Source of the DNA: Atribacterota bacterium
Lineage (GTDB): Bacteria; Atribacterota; Phoenicimicrobiia; Phoenicimicrobiales; Stramentimicrobiaceae
Assembly (NCBI GenBank): GCA_040767965.1
Contig: JAXGNR010000010.1
Span: 53,420-117,419 of the forward strand
DNA: 64,000 bases
Direction of reading: 5' to 3'
Both the position numbers and the translations under genes were made by a program. Below the pieces are notes generated by a model that saw only the letters and a list, made by a program, of their open reading frames with translations, was not told where the DNA came from and ran no database searches. Below, one piece after another: positions 10,037 to 19,798 of this stretch; the stretch's first letter is position 1, and each line of letters starts with the position of its first letter.

Positions 10037-11242
10037 ATGAAAAGACTATCCGGTGGAATCGATATCGGAAGATACACACATCATATGATTATTCTGGATG
10101 AGAAAGAACAGATCCTATACCAGAGGAGCCTACCCCATCAATTAGGGGAAATAAAGGAAACCATGAAACAGTTGAAATCTTTACAGAAAAAAGAAAATGC
10201 TCAGCTTTCCTTTGCCTTAGAGGGTAAAAACGGTTACAGTAATCCCCTGGACCGGCTGCTTTTATCCGAGGGTTTTACTCTCTACAATGTGGATAATTAC
10301 AAACTCAAACGCTTCCGGGAGGCATTTGCCGGAGAGTGGCGGGATGATAACAGAGATGCCCTGATGCTCTCTAAGATGCTAAACTTAAAAGAACATATTA
10401 ATGCTAAAAAGGAAAAGGTCTTTATCGAAATAACAAAACCTTCCCTCATTCCTGAAAGCTTGAAACTGTTTTCCCGTCATCAGCAGCTTTTAATTGATGA
10501 AAAGATCAGACTGACCAATCGTCTGGGCAAGAAATTGCTGGAAGTCTGTCCTGAGCTATTAACCTTGGGTAAATTAAAATATCAGAAGATCATTGCCATC
10601 CTGGCCAAATATCCGGATTTTTCAAGATACTCCAGGATAACCCTCAAATCTCTGTTAAAGATACCGGGAATCGGCAAAAAGCAGGCACCACACCTATTGG
10701 CCGGGTTGCATGAGTTAGCCTATATGCCAGACCTAACTGATATTTACAAAACCATTATCTCCTCCTATAGCAGACGTATCCTGCAATTACAAAAAGAGAT
10801 CAAAGAAATTGATACAAAGATGGACGAAATAGGACAACAGGATAATTCAATCAGACATTTAAAGAGCATACCCGGAGTAGCGACCAAACTGGCCAGCCGC
10901 TTTCTTGGAGAAATCGGTGATATCAGCCGTTTCCCCTCAGAGAAGAATTTAGCCATCTACTGTGGTATCGCCTGTGTTAACAATGCTTCCGGTAAAACGA
11001 ATAAGATCAAAGCAGTCTATAAGGCCAACAAGATTGCCAAACAAACCTTGATTATGATGGCCGGCTGCAGTATCCGGGTGAATCCTCAGTGTCGGGATTA
11101 TTATCTCAAAAAACGAACAGAAGGGAAAGCTCATAATCATGCCCTGAGATGTCTGGCCAGGCAGATGATTAAAGTCATTTACCGGATGCTAACCGAAGAC
11201 AGAGATTATCAGATAAAAAGAGAAGCTTTGAAAGTGGCATAA
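10037..11242 (+). CDS. IS110-family DEDD recombinase/transposase
   Basis: GIDIG, ALEG, DDNRDA (DEDD), SIPGVA, NASGK catalytic Ser loop, ALRCLARQM. Confidence 0.95.
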   Translation: MKRLSGGIDIGRYTHHMIILDEKEQILYQRSLPHQLGEIKETMKQLKSLQKKENAQLSFALEGKNGYSNPLDRLLLSEGFTLYNVDNYKLKRFREAFAGEWRDDNRDALMLSKMLNLKEHINAKKEKVFIEITKPSLIPESLKLFSRHQQLLIDEKIRLTNRLGKKLLEVCPELLTLGKLKYQKIIAILAKYPDFSRYSRITLKSLLKIPGIGKKQAPHLLAGLHELAYMPDLTDIYKTIISSYSRRILQLQKEIKEIDTKMDEIGQQDNSIRHLKSIPGVATKLASRFLGEIGDISRFPSEKNLAIYCGIACVNNASGKTNKIKAVYKANKIAKQTLIMMAGCSIRVNPQCRDYYLKKRTEGKAHNHALRCLARQMIKVIYRMLTEDRDYQIKREALKVA

Positions 11243-11291
11243 AAAAAGTTTAAAAATTAATTGATTTTTCAGATGGGAAGTTCATTAGTTC

Positions 11292-11341
11292 CAACATTTG
11301 ACATTGTCTTAGTGAAATGTCAAATGTTGAGACCTGACCCC
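11292..11341. repeat. REP-like palindrome (GGGGTCAGGTCT type)
   Basis: 14-bp perfect inverted repeat CAACATTTGACATT/AATGTCAAATGTTG followed by AGACCTGACCCC. Confidence 0.6.
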
Positions 11342-11388
11342 TGAACTGTAATTATCTGCCCGTTAAAAGCAATGGAGGTTAATTTCTG

Positions 11389-12030
11389 ATGTTTAAAATT
11401 TTAAAAGAAGATATCCAAAATGTATTTGCTAAAGATCCTGCTGCCAAGAGCGTATTAGAAGTTATTCTATGTTATCCAGGCCTTCATGCTATTTGGCTTC
11501 ATCGTGTTGCTCACTGGCTCTATAAAGTTAAATTATATACTATTGCCCGAATCATTTCTCATATCAGTCGCTTTTTGACTGGTATCGAAATACATCCTGG
11601 TGCCAGAATAGGGAGAAGATTTTTTATTGATCATGGTATGGGGGTTGTGATTGGAGAAACAACTGAAATTGGGGATGATGTTCTTCTATATCAGGGAGTT
11701 GTCTTAGGCGGGAAAAGTATGGAAAAAAAGAAACGCCACCCAACTTTGGGTAATAATGTAATAATCGGTGCTGGAGCAATCATTCTCGGTGCCTTAAACA
11801 TTGGAGATTATGCAAAGGTAGGTGCCGGGACAATTGTTGTAAAAGATGTTCCCTCTCATTCAACTGTTATGGGAATTCCAGGGAAGAACAGTAAAGATTT
11901 TAATACAGGGAAAACTGACACAGAAAATCCTGATAAATTATCTATACCTGTATCAAAATTAATTCTCTGGCCTCTGGAAGAACAGGGGAAAAGTGAAAAT
12001 AAGCATAGTAATTGTAATATAAAAAAATGA
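11389..12030 (+). CDS. cysE: Serine O-acetyltransferase
   Basis: [43 protein letters not shown]. Confidence 0.95.
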   Translation: MFKILKEDIQNVFAKDPAAKSVLEVILCYPGLHAIWLHRVAHWLYKVKLYTIARIISHISRFLTGIEIHPGARIGRRFFIDHGMGVVIGETTEIGDDVLLYQGVVLGGKSMEKKKRHPTLGNNVIIGAGAIILGALNIGDYAKVGAGTIVVKDVPSHSTVMGIPGKNSKDFNTGKTDTENPDKLSIPVSKLILWPLEEQGKSENKHSNCNIKK

Positions 12031-12038
12031 TATTTAAC

Positions 12039-12500
12039 TTACAAAAATAATAACCAGGATGTTAAAATGCTAAACAGTAAACTATATATAATCATTTCAT
12101 AGTAGAGTTTCCAGAATAAATTCTTTTTCTGATACCGGCTCTTCATGTAGACTAACCCCTCAATATTATTAGGGAACGGGACGGCACTGGAAAAATCTGT
12201 ATAAATAAACATTAAACTACTGAAAAAAATAAATCTAAAAATAAAAGATATATTTCCCAACAATCCTAGAATAGGGTAGAGGGCAAAAGACATAAGCAGA
12301 CCTCGAAGCAGCTGTGCTGGCATGAACCATTTTGTTACATGTTTTCTGTCAGTTTCATCAGACATATCTCTTATAAAATCAAGCAGTCGTTCCTTTTCTT
12401 CATAAAGATCCTTGCTAATCTTCAATGCCAGCATACCTGCAATAGTATAAGCAATTGTGTGAATAATTGTAAATCCGAGGCTAAAAAACAAATATCTCAT
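12039..12500 (-). CDS. Hypothetical membrane protein
   Basis: 153-aa ORF with about 4 hydrophobic segments; PNNIEGLVY motif. Confidence 0.65.
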   Translation of the reverse strand: MRYLFFSLGFTIIHTIAYTIAGMLALKISKDLYEEKERLLDFIRDMSDETDRKHVTKWFMPAQLLRGLLMSFALYPILGLLGNISFIFRFIFFSSLMFIYTDFSSAVPFPNNIEGLVYMKSRYQKKNLFWKLYYEMIIYSLLFSILTSWLLFL

Positions 12501-12566
12501 CTGGTTCCCCCGGTTCTATTCTTTGATTTGTATTTCTTTTCCGAATCATAATAAATATCTTTGAAA

Positions 12567-13478
12567 TCAATGAATATTTTTTGACATTATTTTTTCATTA
12601 GAAAAGTAATAATCATAGATAAAAAGAACTAGATTAATCATTAAAAGAGCTGCAAAACCGGATAATCCTGTTATTCCTGTTGTTAAATCGTTTCCCCCTT
12701 TTAAGACCATTAAAGGTAAACCAATAGAAGCGTTAAGGGAACCATGAATAATTGCTGCTGCAAGAACTGATTTTGCCTTTAAACGCACATAACTGAAAAT
12801 AGGAGAAAGGAGCAAGGTAAACATAATCATCATCAAAACACCAAATTGAGGATTTTCCGGGTAGTTGTGCCCTTGTAGGATAAGTGGTGCATGCCAAATA
12901 CCCCAAACAAACCCTATTAACAGGGATGATTTCCAAAAGCCCAGATAGTTTAACTCTTTTTGTAAGAACCCTCTCCAGCCCAGTTCTTCACCAAAACCGG
13001 CAACAGCATTGATAGTCACTCCGGCAAGCAGCGCTTGAAATATTCCAATCCAGAAAGGATGAGCTGGAAAATTTTCTGCTTGTTGTTTTATCAGTGCCAG
13101 CTGTTCAGGACTTAAGGATGATTCAAGTCGGGCAAAAAATCCTCCCAAATCCGGGGAAAATTCCACACCTGGCAACATTATATTAATTCCTAGAGTTAAA
13201 AAAGTAAGCAAAATAGGTAAAATCCATGCTATTATAAACCAGCGATTTATCCTGAAGGAAACATCTAATGATTTTTTTATATCTTCTTTATAGATTACTT
13301 TTTGTAAAAGAATAGTTACAGTCAAAGGAATAAACATATAAGCGGTACTTATAATTAGAGAGCCAGGCATAACCCATTGACCACCAAAAATAAAATACAT
13401 TATTATCAGAATCCAGCTAAGAAAAAAGGTAAGAATTATAAATAAAAAAGCTTTATTAAAAAAAATATCGCTTTGCAT
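12567..13478 (-). CDS. CPBP/CAAX (Abi/Rce1) intramembrane glutamic protease
   Basis: GEELGWRGFL, WGIWH, AAIIHGSLN. Confidence 0.92.
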   Translation of the reverse strand: MQSDIFFNKAFLFIILTFFLSWILIIMYFIFGGQWVMPGSLIISTAYMFIPLTVTILLQKVIYKEDIKKSLDVSFRINRWFIIAWILPILLTFLTLGINIMLPGVEFSPDLGGFFARLESSLSPEQLALIKQQAENFPAHPFWIGIFQALLAGVTINAVAGFGEELGWRGFLQKELNYLGFWKSSLLIGFVWGIWHAPLILQGHNYPENPQFGVLMMIMFTLLLSPIFSYVRLKAKSVLAAAIIHGSLNASIGLPLMVLKGGNDLTTGITGLSGFAALLMINLVLFIYDYYFSNEKIMSKNIH

Positions 13479-13711
13479 ACAAAAACCCTTTTTAAATATT
13501 TCTAATAATTATAATAAAGGTTTGTCAATGTATCAAATTATGCACCGAATAGTTATTGGAATAAATACCATGCTATTAATTTAAAACGTAATAAATTTTA
13601 AACAACTTTCCTTGCTTTCTATAAACATATCAGAATATAATAAAATCACGATACACGCCTTTTAACTAAAAAAATATATTTTATTAAAATTAGTAAAAAG
13701 GAGATTATGTT

Positions 13712-14908
13712 ATGAATTTAGATTACTTTAAACCTCTGGAAAAATGCCACTTTTTTTCAGCCCCCAAAAGGATCATGTTCGGTACTGGTGTAGCCAAAAA
13801 TGTTGGTGGAGAATTAGAATCTTTTCAGCAAAAAAAATTATTAGTAATAACTGACAATAAAATTGCTGAAACAGATTCAGTTAAGAGCCTAATAAATTCT
13901 CTAAGCGCATGCGATTATAAAACAAAAATATTTCTAAGTGAAACAAAAGAACCTACTGCAGAAATGATAACTGAATTTATTAAGTTTTGCCGAGCAGAGA
14001 AAGAAGGTATTGTCATTGGAATTGGCGGAGGAAGTATCATGGATCAAGCCAAGGTAGCTTCTTTTATGACCTTATGTGAAGGAGAAGTTGATGACTATTT
14101 AGGGACAAACAAAGCAATTAAGAGTAGGCTTCCACTGGTATTAATACCTACCACTGCAGGGACCGGTGCAGAAACAAGCCCAAATGCCGTTATAAAAAAA
14201 CAGACAAAAAAATATACAATAAGCAGTACTACCATTTTACCAGATCTGGCTGTTGTTGATCCCTTACTAACTCTTTCTTTGCCAAAAAAACCAACTGCAT
14301 TTACTGGAATTGATGCCTTGAGTCATGCCGTAGAAGCTATTATATCTTTAAATTCCAATCCTTTAACAATGGCTACTTCTTTAGAGGCAATTTCTCTAAT
14401 TGATAAGAATTTGCCACTGGCGTTTTTTAGCGGGTACAATATTGAAGCGAGATACAATATGAGTCTTGCAGCCACATTAGGTGGATTATCTTTAAATAGT
14501 GGAGCAACCTTAGCTCACTCTATCAGCTATACCTTAGAAAAGTTTGGCGTACCTCATGGCCTGGGATGTGCTATCGGTTTGCCGCAGGTAATCAGATTTA
14601 ATGTACCGGTAATGAAGGAAAAAATTAAAAGAATAGCAGTTGCTCTGGGATTTGATGAGCTGAATTATAGCAGCTATGCAGAAATAGCTTCTTATGTAGT
14701 TAATAGAGTGAATGATTTAAATGCCATGCTTGATATCCCTTTAACCTTAAAATCCATGTCTATTACAATTGAAAAATCAAAAGAATTAGCCCAGGAATGT
14801 TTTCAGAAATATCCCAGACCAAATAATCCAAGATTATATTCCGAAGATGATATAATCAAACTCTATGCTGATTTATGGGAAGGAAAATTAGAAATAGAGA
14901 ATATTTAA
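13712..14908 (+). CDS. Iron-containing alcohol dehydrogenase
   Basis: GIGGGSIMD, IPTTAGTGAE, DALSHAVE, LAHSISY, PHG. Confidence 0.92.
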   Translation: MNLDYFKPLEKCHFFSAPKRIMFGTGVAKNVGGELESFQQKKLLVITDNKIAETDSVKSLINSLSACDYKTKIFLSETKEPTAEMITEFIKFCRAEKEGIVIGIGGGSIMDQAKVASFMTLCEGEVDDYLGTNKAIKSRLPLVLIPTTAGTGAETSPNAVIKKQTKKYTISSTTILPDLAVVDPLLTLSLPKKPTAFTGIDALSHAVEAIISLNSNPLTMATSLEAISLIDKNLPLAFFSGYNIEARYNMSLAATLGGLSLNSGATLAHSISYTLEKFGVPHGLGCAIGLPQVIRFNVPVMKEKIKRIAVALGFDELNYSSYAEIASYVVNRVNDLNAMLDIPLTLKSMSITIEKSKELAQECFQKYPRPNNPRLYSEDDIIKLYADLWEGKLEIENI

Positions 14909-15074
14909 TATCAATTTGTTATAAAATTAGAACACTGGATTATTGCCATAAATATTGATAATATATAAAAATATATTGCATATTTGAATTAAGGAAGAGT
15001 AAATTTGTTGAAATAAGGTACCGACAGAGAGTATTTAAGGAACCTGAATAAAATATAGATGTTCGAGGTATTGT

Positions 15075-16244
15075 ATGAAATTTAAAGGATATAAAAGAGC
15101 TGATGGCAGAATCGGTGTGAGGAATTATCTAGCTGTTATTCCTTCAGTGTTTTGTGCTAATCATGTAGCTCGCAAGATAGCAGAGAATGTTAAAGATGCT
15201 GTTTGTTTAACGCATCAGGTAGGTTGCAGCCAGGTAGGAGAAGATTTAGAGCAAACCGCTAGAACTTTAGTTAACATAGCTACTCATCCTAATATAGGAG
15301 GAGTGTTGATAGTTGGTTTGGGATGTGAAAGATTTTCCGCTCAGGAATTTTATGAAAAAGTTAAAGAAACCAAAAAACCAGTGCAGAAAGTTTTAATACA
15401 AGATGAGGGAGATTCTTTAAATGCTATAAGCAAAGGAACTACCCTGCTGTTAGATCTCTACAATCAGATTATCAACTCTGAAAAAGAGGAGTTTGATATT
15501 GCTGAACTTATTGTTGGTATTGAATGTGGTGGAAGTGATGCTTTTTCAGGCATTGCTGCCAATCCGTCAGTGGGAGCTTTTTCAGATAAATTAATATCCC
15601 AGGGAGGTACTGTTATTTTCAGCGAGGTTACTGAATTACTGGGGGCAGAAAACATTTTAAAAAAACGTTGTTTTAATGAAGAAGTGGAAAAACTATTATT
15701 GGAAACTATCAAAAAAACAGAAACATCATTAAAAAAGGCAACTGCTGATTTATCCTATCAGAATCGTACTGATTTGATATCAAAGGGTAATTACGACGGA
15801 GGAATTAGCACGGTAGCAGAAAAAGCATTAGGCAACATTGAAAAAGCAGGTAAATCTCCCATAAATGGTGTTTTAAAATTTGCAGAAAAAGTAAATAAAA
15901 AAGGTTTGTTTTTAATGGATACACCAGGTCATGATGCAGAATCCACAACAGGTTTAGTTGCGGGAGGAGCGCAAATTGTTTTGTTTACCACCGGCAGAGG
16001 TACTCCAACCGGTTTTCCTGTTGTACCAGTGGTGAAAATAACCGGGAACTCAGATACTTATAACAGGATGAGAAGTAATATCGATATTAATACTGGTGAG
16101 GTTATCGAGGGGAAAAGAACAATAATTGAGATGGGAGAAGAGATTTTTAATTTTGTATTAAAAACTGCTTCCGGAGAACAAACAAAAGCGGAAATATTTG
16201 GAAATGATGAACTTTTTTCAGTTGCGAGGGTTTTGTACAGCTGA
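15075..16244 (+). CDS. UxaA/GarD/SuyB-family dehydratase large subunit (no SAF domain)
   Basis: GYKRADGRIGVRN, PSVFCA, HQVGC, GLGCE, ECGGSD, FTTGRG. Confidence 0.9.
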   Translation: MKFKGYKRADGRIGVRNYLAVIPSVFCANHVARKIAENVKDAVCLTHQVGCSQVGEDLEQTARTLVNIATHPNIGGVLIVGLGCERFSAQEFYEKVKETKKPVQKVLIQDEGDSLNAISKGTTLLLDLYNQIINSEKEEFDIAELIVGIECGGSDAFSGIAANPSVGAFSDKLISQGGTVIFSEVTELLGAENILKKRCFNEEVEKLLLETIKKTETSLKKATADLSYQNRTDLISKGNYDGGISTVAEKALGNIEKAGKSPINGVLKFAEKVNKKGLFLMDTPGHDAESTTGLVAGGAQIVLFTTGRGTPTGFPVVPVVKITGNSDTYNRMRSNIDINTGEVIEGKRTIIEMGEEIFNFVLKTASGEQTKAEIFGNDELFSVARVLYS

Positions 16245-16312
16245 TTAAAAATAAAATTAAAATCAATCAAAAGAATGTTGATATATTAAAAAAAATTCTG
16301 GAGGAAAAAATA

Positions 16313-17095
16313 ATGAAGATAGTAAGATATCAGAAAAATAAGGAAACTTATTATGGAATTTTAGAAGGCAATAAGATTAATCGAATTGAAGGTAATGTAT
16401 TTCAAAGCATCAATCCAACAGGCATTATGGATGACAGAAGTGAAGTAAAATTGCTTGCACCTGTAAAACCATTTGATATTATTGCTATTGGGCTAAATTA
16501 CAAAAAGCATGCTCAAGAATCAGGAGAAACCTTCCCTGAAAGGCCATTGATATTTATCAAAGCTAACTCCAGCCTTATTGGCCCGGAGGATAATATTGAA
16601 ATCCCTGAAATGGCTCCCAATGAAGTCGATTATGAAGCAGAATTTGCAATTGTTATAGGGAAAGAGGCTAAAAATATTGCAATAGAAGATGTGCCAGAAT
16701 ATGTTTTAGGATATACATGCGGAAATGACGTTTCAGCACGGGATTGCCAACTACGTATTGATAAACAATGGGCAAGAGGAAAATCTTTTGACACTTTCTG
16801 TCCATTAGGTCCCTGGATTGAAACAGAACTTGCAGACCCTGATAACTGTAGAATAAAATCTATCTTAAATGGCAAAGTTATGCAGGACTCTAATACAGCA
16901 GACCTTATTTTTGGAACAAAAGAATTAGTTAGTTATTGTTCAAAAAACTTTACTTTGCATCCAGGAACAGTTATTATGACTGGTACTCCAGGAGGCGTTG
17001 GCTTTGCCCGTAATCCACAGGTATTTTTAAAACCAGGTGATGTTATTGAAATTGAGATAGAAGGCATTGGTAAGTTATCAAATAAGGTAATATAA
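16313..17095 (+). CDS. Fumarylacetoacetate hydrolase-family protein
   Basis: IGLNYKKHA, VDYEAE, NDVSARD, GKSFDTFCPLGP, MTGTPGGVG. Confidence 0.92.
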   Translation: MKIVRYQKNKETYYGILEGNKINRIEGNVFQSINPTGIMDDRSEVKLLAPVKPFDIIAIGLNYKKHAQESGETFPERPLIFIKANSSLIGPEDNIEIPEMAPNEVDYEAEFAIVIGKEAKNIAIEDVPEYVLGYTCGNDVSARDCQLRIDKQWARGKSFDTFCPLGPWIETELADPDNCRIKSILNGKVMQDSNTADLIFGTKELVSYCSKNFTLHPGTVIMTGTPGGVGFARNPQVFLKPGDVIEIEIEGIGKLSNKVI

Positions 17096-17187
17096 AAATA
17101 TTAAAGATTTCTTGATCAGAAAAATTTTAAAAAGTTGGCTCCAAAAATTAATTAATTATATTGCAGCAAAGGTTCAAGTAAAAAGAA

Positions 17188-18351
17188 ATGAAATCAATAT
17201 CAGGATATAAGAGAAAAAACGGTAAATTTGGCGTAAGAAACCATTTGCTAATTTTACCAACCTCAGTTTGTGCAAGTGAAACAGCCGTAAAAATTAGTCA
17301 ACTTGTTCCAGGAAGTGTTCCTTTGCCACACCAGCATGGCTGTTGCCATGTTGGTGTGGATTATGAACAAGTTCTAAGAACCTTGATTGGTTTTGGCAAA
17401 AATCCCAATGTCGGTGCAGTCCTTATTATAGCTTTGGGTTGTGAAGGGATTAGTCCTGATATTGTGAAAAATGAAATTGAGAAATCATTAAAACCTGTTG
17501 AACAGCTAGTTATTCAGGAGCAGGGCGATACCTTAAAGACAATTGACGCAGGTGTGAAAATTGCTCAAAAGATGATGCTGGAAATATCCACCCAGAAAAA
17601 AGAAATATTCCCAATAGAAAACCTGATCCTTGCCTTAGAATGTGGTGGTTCTGACCCTACCTCAGGTATTGCTGCTAATCCTGCAGTAGGTGTGACTTCT
17701 GATTTACTTTTAACCGATGGAGGTAGAACTATCCTGTCGGAAACTACTGAATTGATCGGTGCTGAACATGTACTGATTAAAAAAGCTGCCAATAAACGAA
17801 TATCCCAGAGAATACTTTCAATGGTGGAGACTGTGGAAAAAAGGGCGAAAGAGATGCATGTGGATTTAAGAGGAACTCAACCTACCCCTGGCAATATTGC
17901 TGGTGGATTAACCACTATTGAAGAAAAATCCTTAGGATGTATCCATAAAGCAGGCAACAGCCCTATTATTGGTATACTAGAATATGCAGAAGAAATTCCA
18001 GACAAAAAAGGGCTTTATTTTATGGATACTCCCGGTCAGGACATTGAATCAATTACCGGAATGCTTGCTGGGGGAGCACAGATTGTAATTTTTACAACCG
18101 GCAGAGGAACACCAACCGGATCTCCAATTGCCCCGGTTATTAAAGTTACCGGTAATAGCATGACTTATCAGAAGATGATTGCTAATATAGATATTAATGC
18201 TGGTGGAATAATAGATGAAAATAAAACAATCACTGAAACAGGTACGCAGATATACGCAAAAATGATTGATGTCTGTAATGGTGAACTAACCAAAGCAGAA
18301 TTGCTAGGGCATAAAGAATTCGGAATCTATCGAATTGGCTACACTTTCTGA
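17188..18351 (+). CDS. UxaA/GarD/SuyB-family dehydratase large subunit (no SAF domain)
   Basis: GVRN, PTSVCA, HQHGCC, LGCE, ECGGSD, PTPGNIAGGLTTIEEKSLG, FTTGRG. Confidence 0.9.
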   Translation: MKSISGYKRKNGKFGVRNHLLILPTSVCASETAVKISQLVPGSVPLPHQHGCCHVGVDYEQVLRTLIGFGKNPNVGAVLIIALGCEGISPDIVKNEIEKSLKPVEQLVIQEQGDTLKTIDAGVKIAQKMMLEISTQKKEIFPIENLILALECGGSDPTSGIAANPAVGVTSDLLLTDGGRTILSETTELIGAEHVLIKKAANKRISQRILSMVETVEKRAKEMHVDLRGTQPTPGNIAGGLTTIEEKSLGCIHKAGNSPIIGILEYAEEIPDKKGLYFMDTPGQDIESITGMLAGGAQIVIFTTGRGTPTGSPIAPVIKVTGNSMTYQKMIANIDINAGGIIDENKTITETGTQIYAKMIDVCNGELTKAELLGHKEFGIYRIGYTF

Positions 18352-19773
18352 ATCTTTTTTTCGCCAGGAATAAAAAAGTTTTACTTTTATTCTTTGAGGC
18401 CATTTTAAAGGGCTTGATAAACGTTTCCATGCTCTTTTTACTTTTTCCATCTGCTGACTGCTAATTGTTTGTGCACCATATATTTTTTTATTAAAACTAT
18501 CTATAATTATTCCAATATCATTATGGTTTTGCGGGAAAAATGTTGCTAATAACTGTCCATATTCCAGTGGAGTTCTGGAATCTTTTTTAGAAAGCCCATT
18601 AAGGTGTCCCCAACGGCATAGTTTCTGAAAAATAATCAGAATATTCTCCTCTTTCCTCATGAATTTTTTCTTTATTTTAGCTAGAAGTTTTTTACTGAGA
18701 ACAAAAAAATAGTTAATCCAAAAGCTTAATTCCTGGAAAAATCCTTTTTTATTAGAATCTAATCCGGTTTTTGCAGAAAGCCATTTCCAGAGAGCCCAAA
18801 GTAAAATTCCAATAAAGATTAACAGAACAAAAATAATTAAGATTAAGAACAATCCGCCAATTATTCTACTTAACACTTGAACCCACCAGGCAAGTTCGGT
18901 TTCTTCAACCATGGCAATTGGCTTTTCCTCAGGAGGAGATGGAATTTCTGTGGAAGCAGTATTTCTGTTAAGTCCAAATAAAAAAGAAATAATTCTTAAT
19001 AATAAGCTACCTAAAGGTCTGGAAGCTAGTTTTAACAGGCTGTTTCCTGCCTGAGCAATTGTTGTCATTTGCGGAAGGAAAAACAGCATCATCCAACTAC
19101 CCAATATCAATATTAACAGGATAAAAGGGAAAACCAGATTTGTCTTATTTAACTGCCAGGAATTATTGGTAGCAGAAGTTGAGCTCTCTAAGTTCTTTGC
19201 TAAAGAAATAGCCAGCATGCTGAAAAGGAAGTAATATATAATCAGTAAATTTGAATAAGGTAAGAAAAAATTCATAATTCCGGAAAGTATAAAAACAAAA
19301 ACCAGAATCATAATACCAAAATCAAAACGGGTGGCAATCAACAAATGATCATGCGAACGATTTGTTAATTTTGTTCCATTACTCCAGAAAAGAGAAATAA
19401 AAAATAATATTAAAATATAAGAAAAGCCATCTATGGAACCATAATTTCCGCTAAGAAGCATTTCTAACCATTGGAATTTCAGAAAAGAACCCTGACTTTG
19501 CCAAATACCATAAGAATAAAAAGTATATAATAGGATAATTAAGTAAAAAATAGAATGGACTAAAAAATATACAATAACTCTTTTTCCTCGGCCCTGTAGT
19601 GTAAAAGTTATTAAGACTGGTACAAAAAAAGATAAAACAGCTGACCATATTGGTAAAACAGAAAAGTCAAATATAAAAAAGATGGTACATGACAAGGCAT
19701 AGAGCCATGTTAATTCCATCATACTGGCAGAGATAAATAGCATTGTTTTTTTTCTTCCGGTATCCTGGGTCAT
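18304..19773 (-). CDS. DUF4129-type membrane protein of a MoxR operon
   Basis: Many TM helices; C-terminal SRTPLEYG...YG; position downstream of DUF58. Confidence 0.7.
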   Translation of the reverse strand: MTQDTGRKKTMLFISASMMELTWLYALSCTIFFIFDFSVLPIWSAVLSFFVPVLITFTLQGRGKRVIVYFLVHSIFYLIILLYTFYSYGIWQSQGSFLKFQWLEMLLSGNYGSIDGFSYILILFFISLFWSNGTKLTNRSHDHLLIATRFDFGIMILVFVFILSGIMNFFLPYSNLLIIYYFLFSMLAISLAKNLESSTSATNNSWQLNKTNLVFPFILLILILGSWMMLFFLPQMTTIAQAGNSLLKLASRPLGSLLLRIISFLFGLNRNTASTEIPSPPEEKPIAMVEETELAWWVQVLSRIIGGLFLILIIFVLLIFIGILLWALWKWLSAKTGLDSNKKGFFQELSFWINYFFVLSKKLLAKIKKKFMRKEENILIIFQKLCRWGHLNGLSKKDSRTPLEYGQLLATFFPQNHNDIGIIIDSFNKKIYGAQTISSQQMEKVKRAWKRLSSPLKWPQRIKVKLFYSWRKKDSESVANSIDSEFFMP

Positions 19774-19798
19774 CTTATTTCCTTAAATTTAATATTTA

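Larger units (their letters stand above)
9761..11281 (+). mobile_element. IS110-family insertion sequence with GT core at both ends
   Basis: GT at 9761-9762 and 11280-11281; TATAAT just inside the left end and TTGATT inside the right end; long 5' non-coding region; DEDD recombinase. Confidence 0.85.

Noticed and set aside
9816-10079. 87-aa minus-strand ORF in the IS110 left end
   Set aside because: The region is better explained as bridge RNA; the ORF has no protein-like features
12567-13478. Anti-phage Abi function for the CPBP protease
   Set aside because: The family name is historical and there is no defence-island context
18304-18351. 48-bp overlap of convergent genes
   Set aside because: Short 3' overlaps are common; no evidence of a special function
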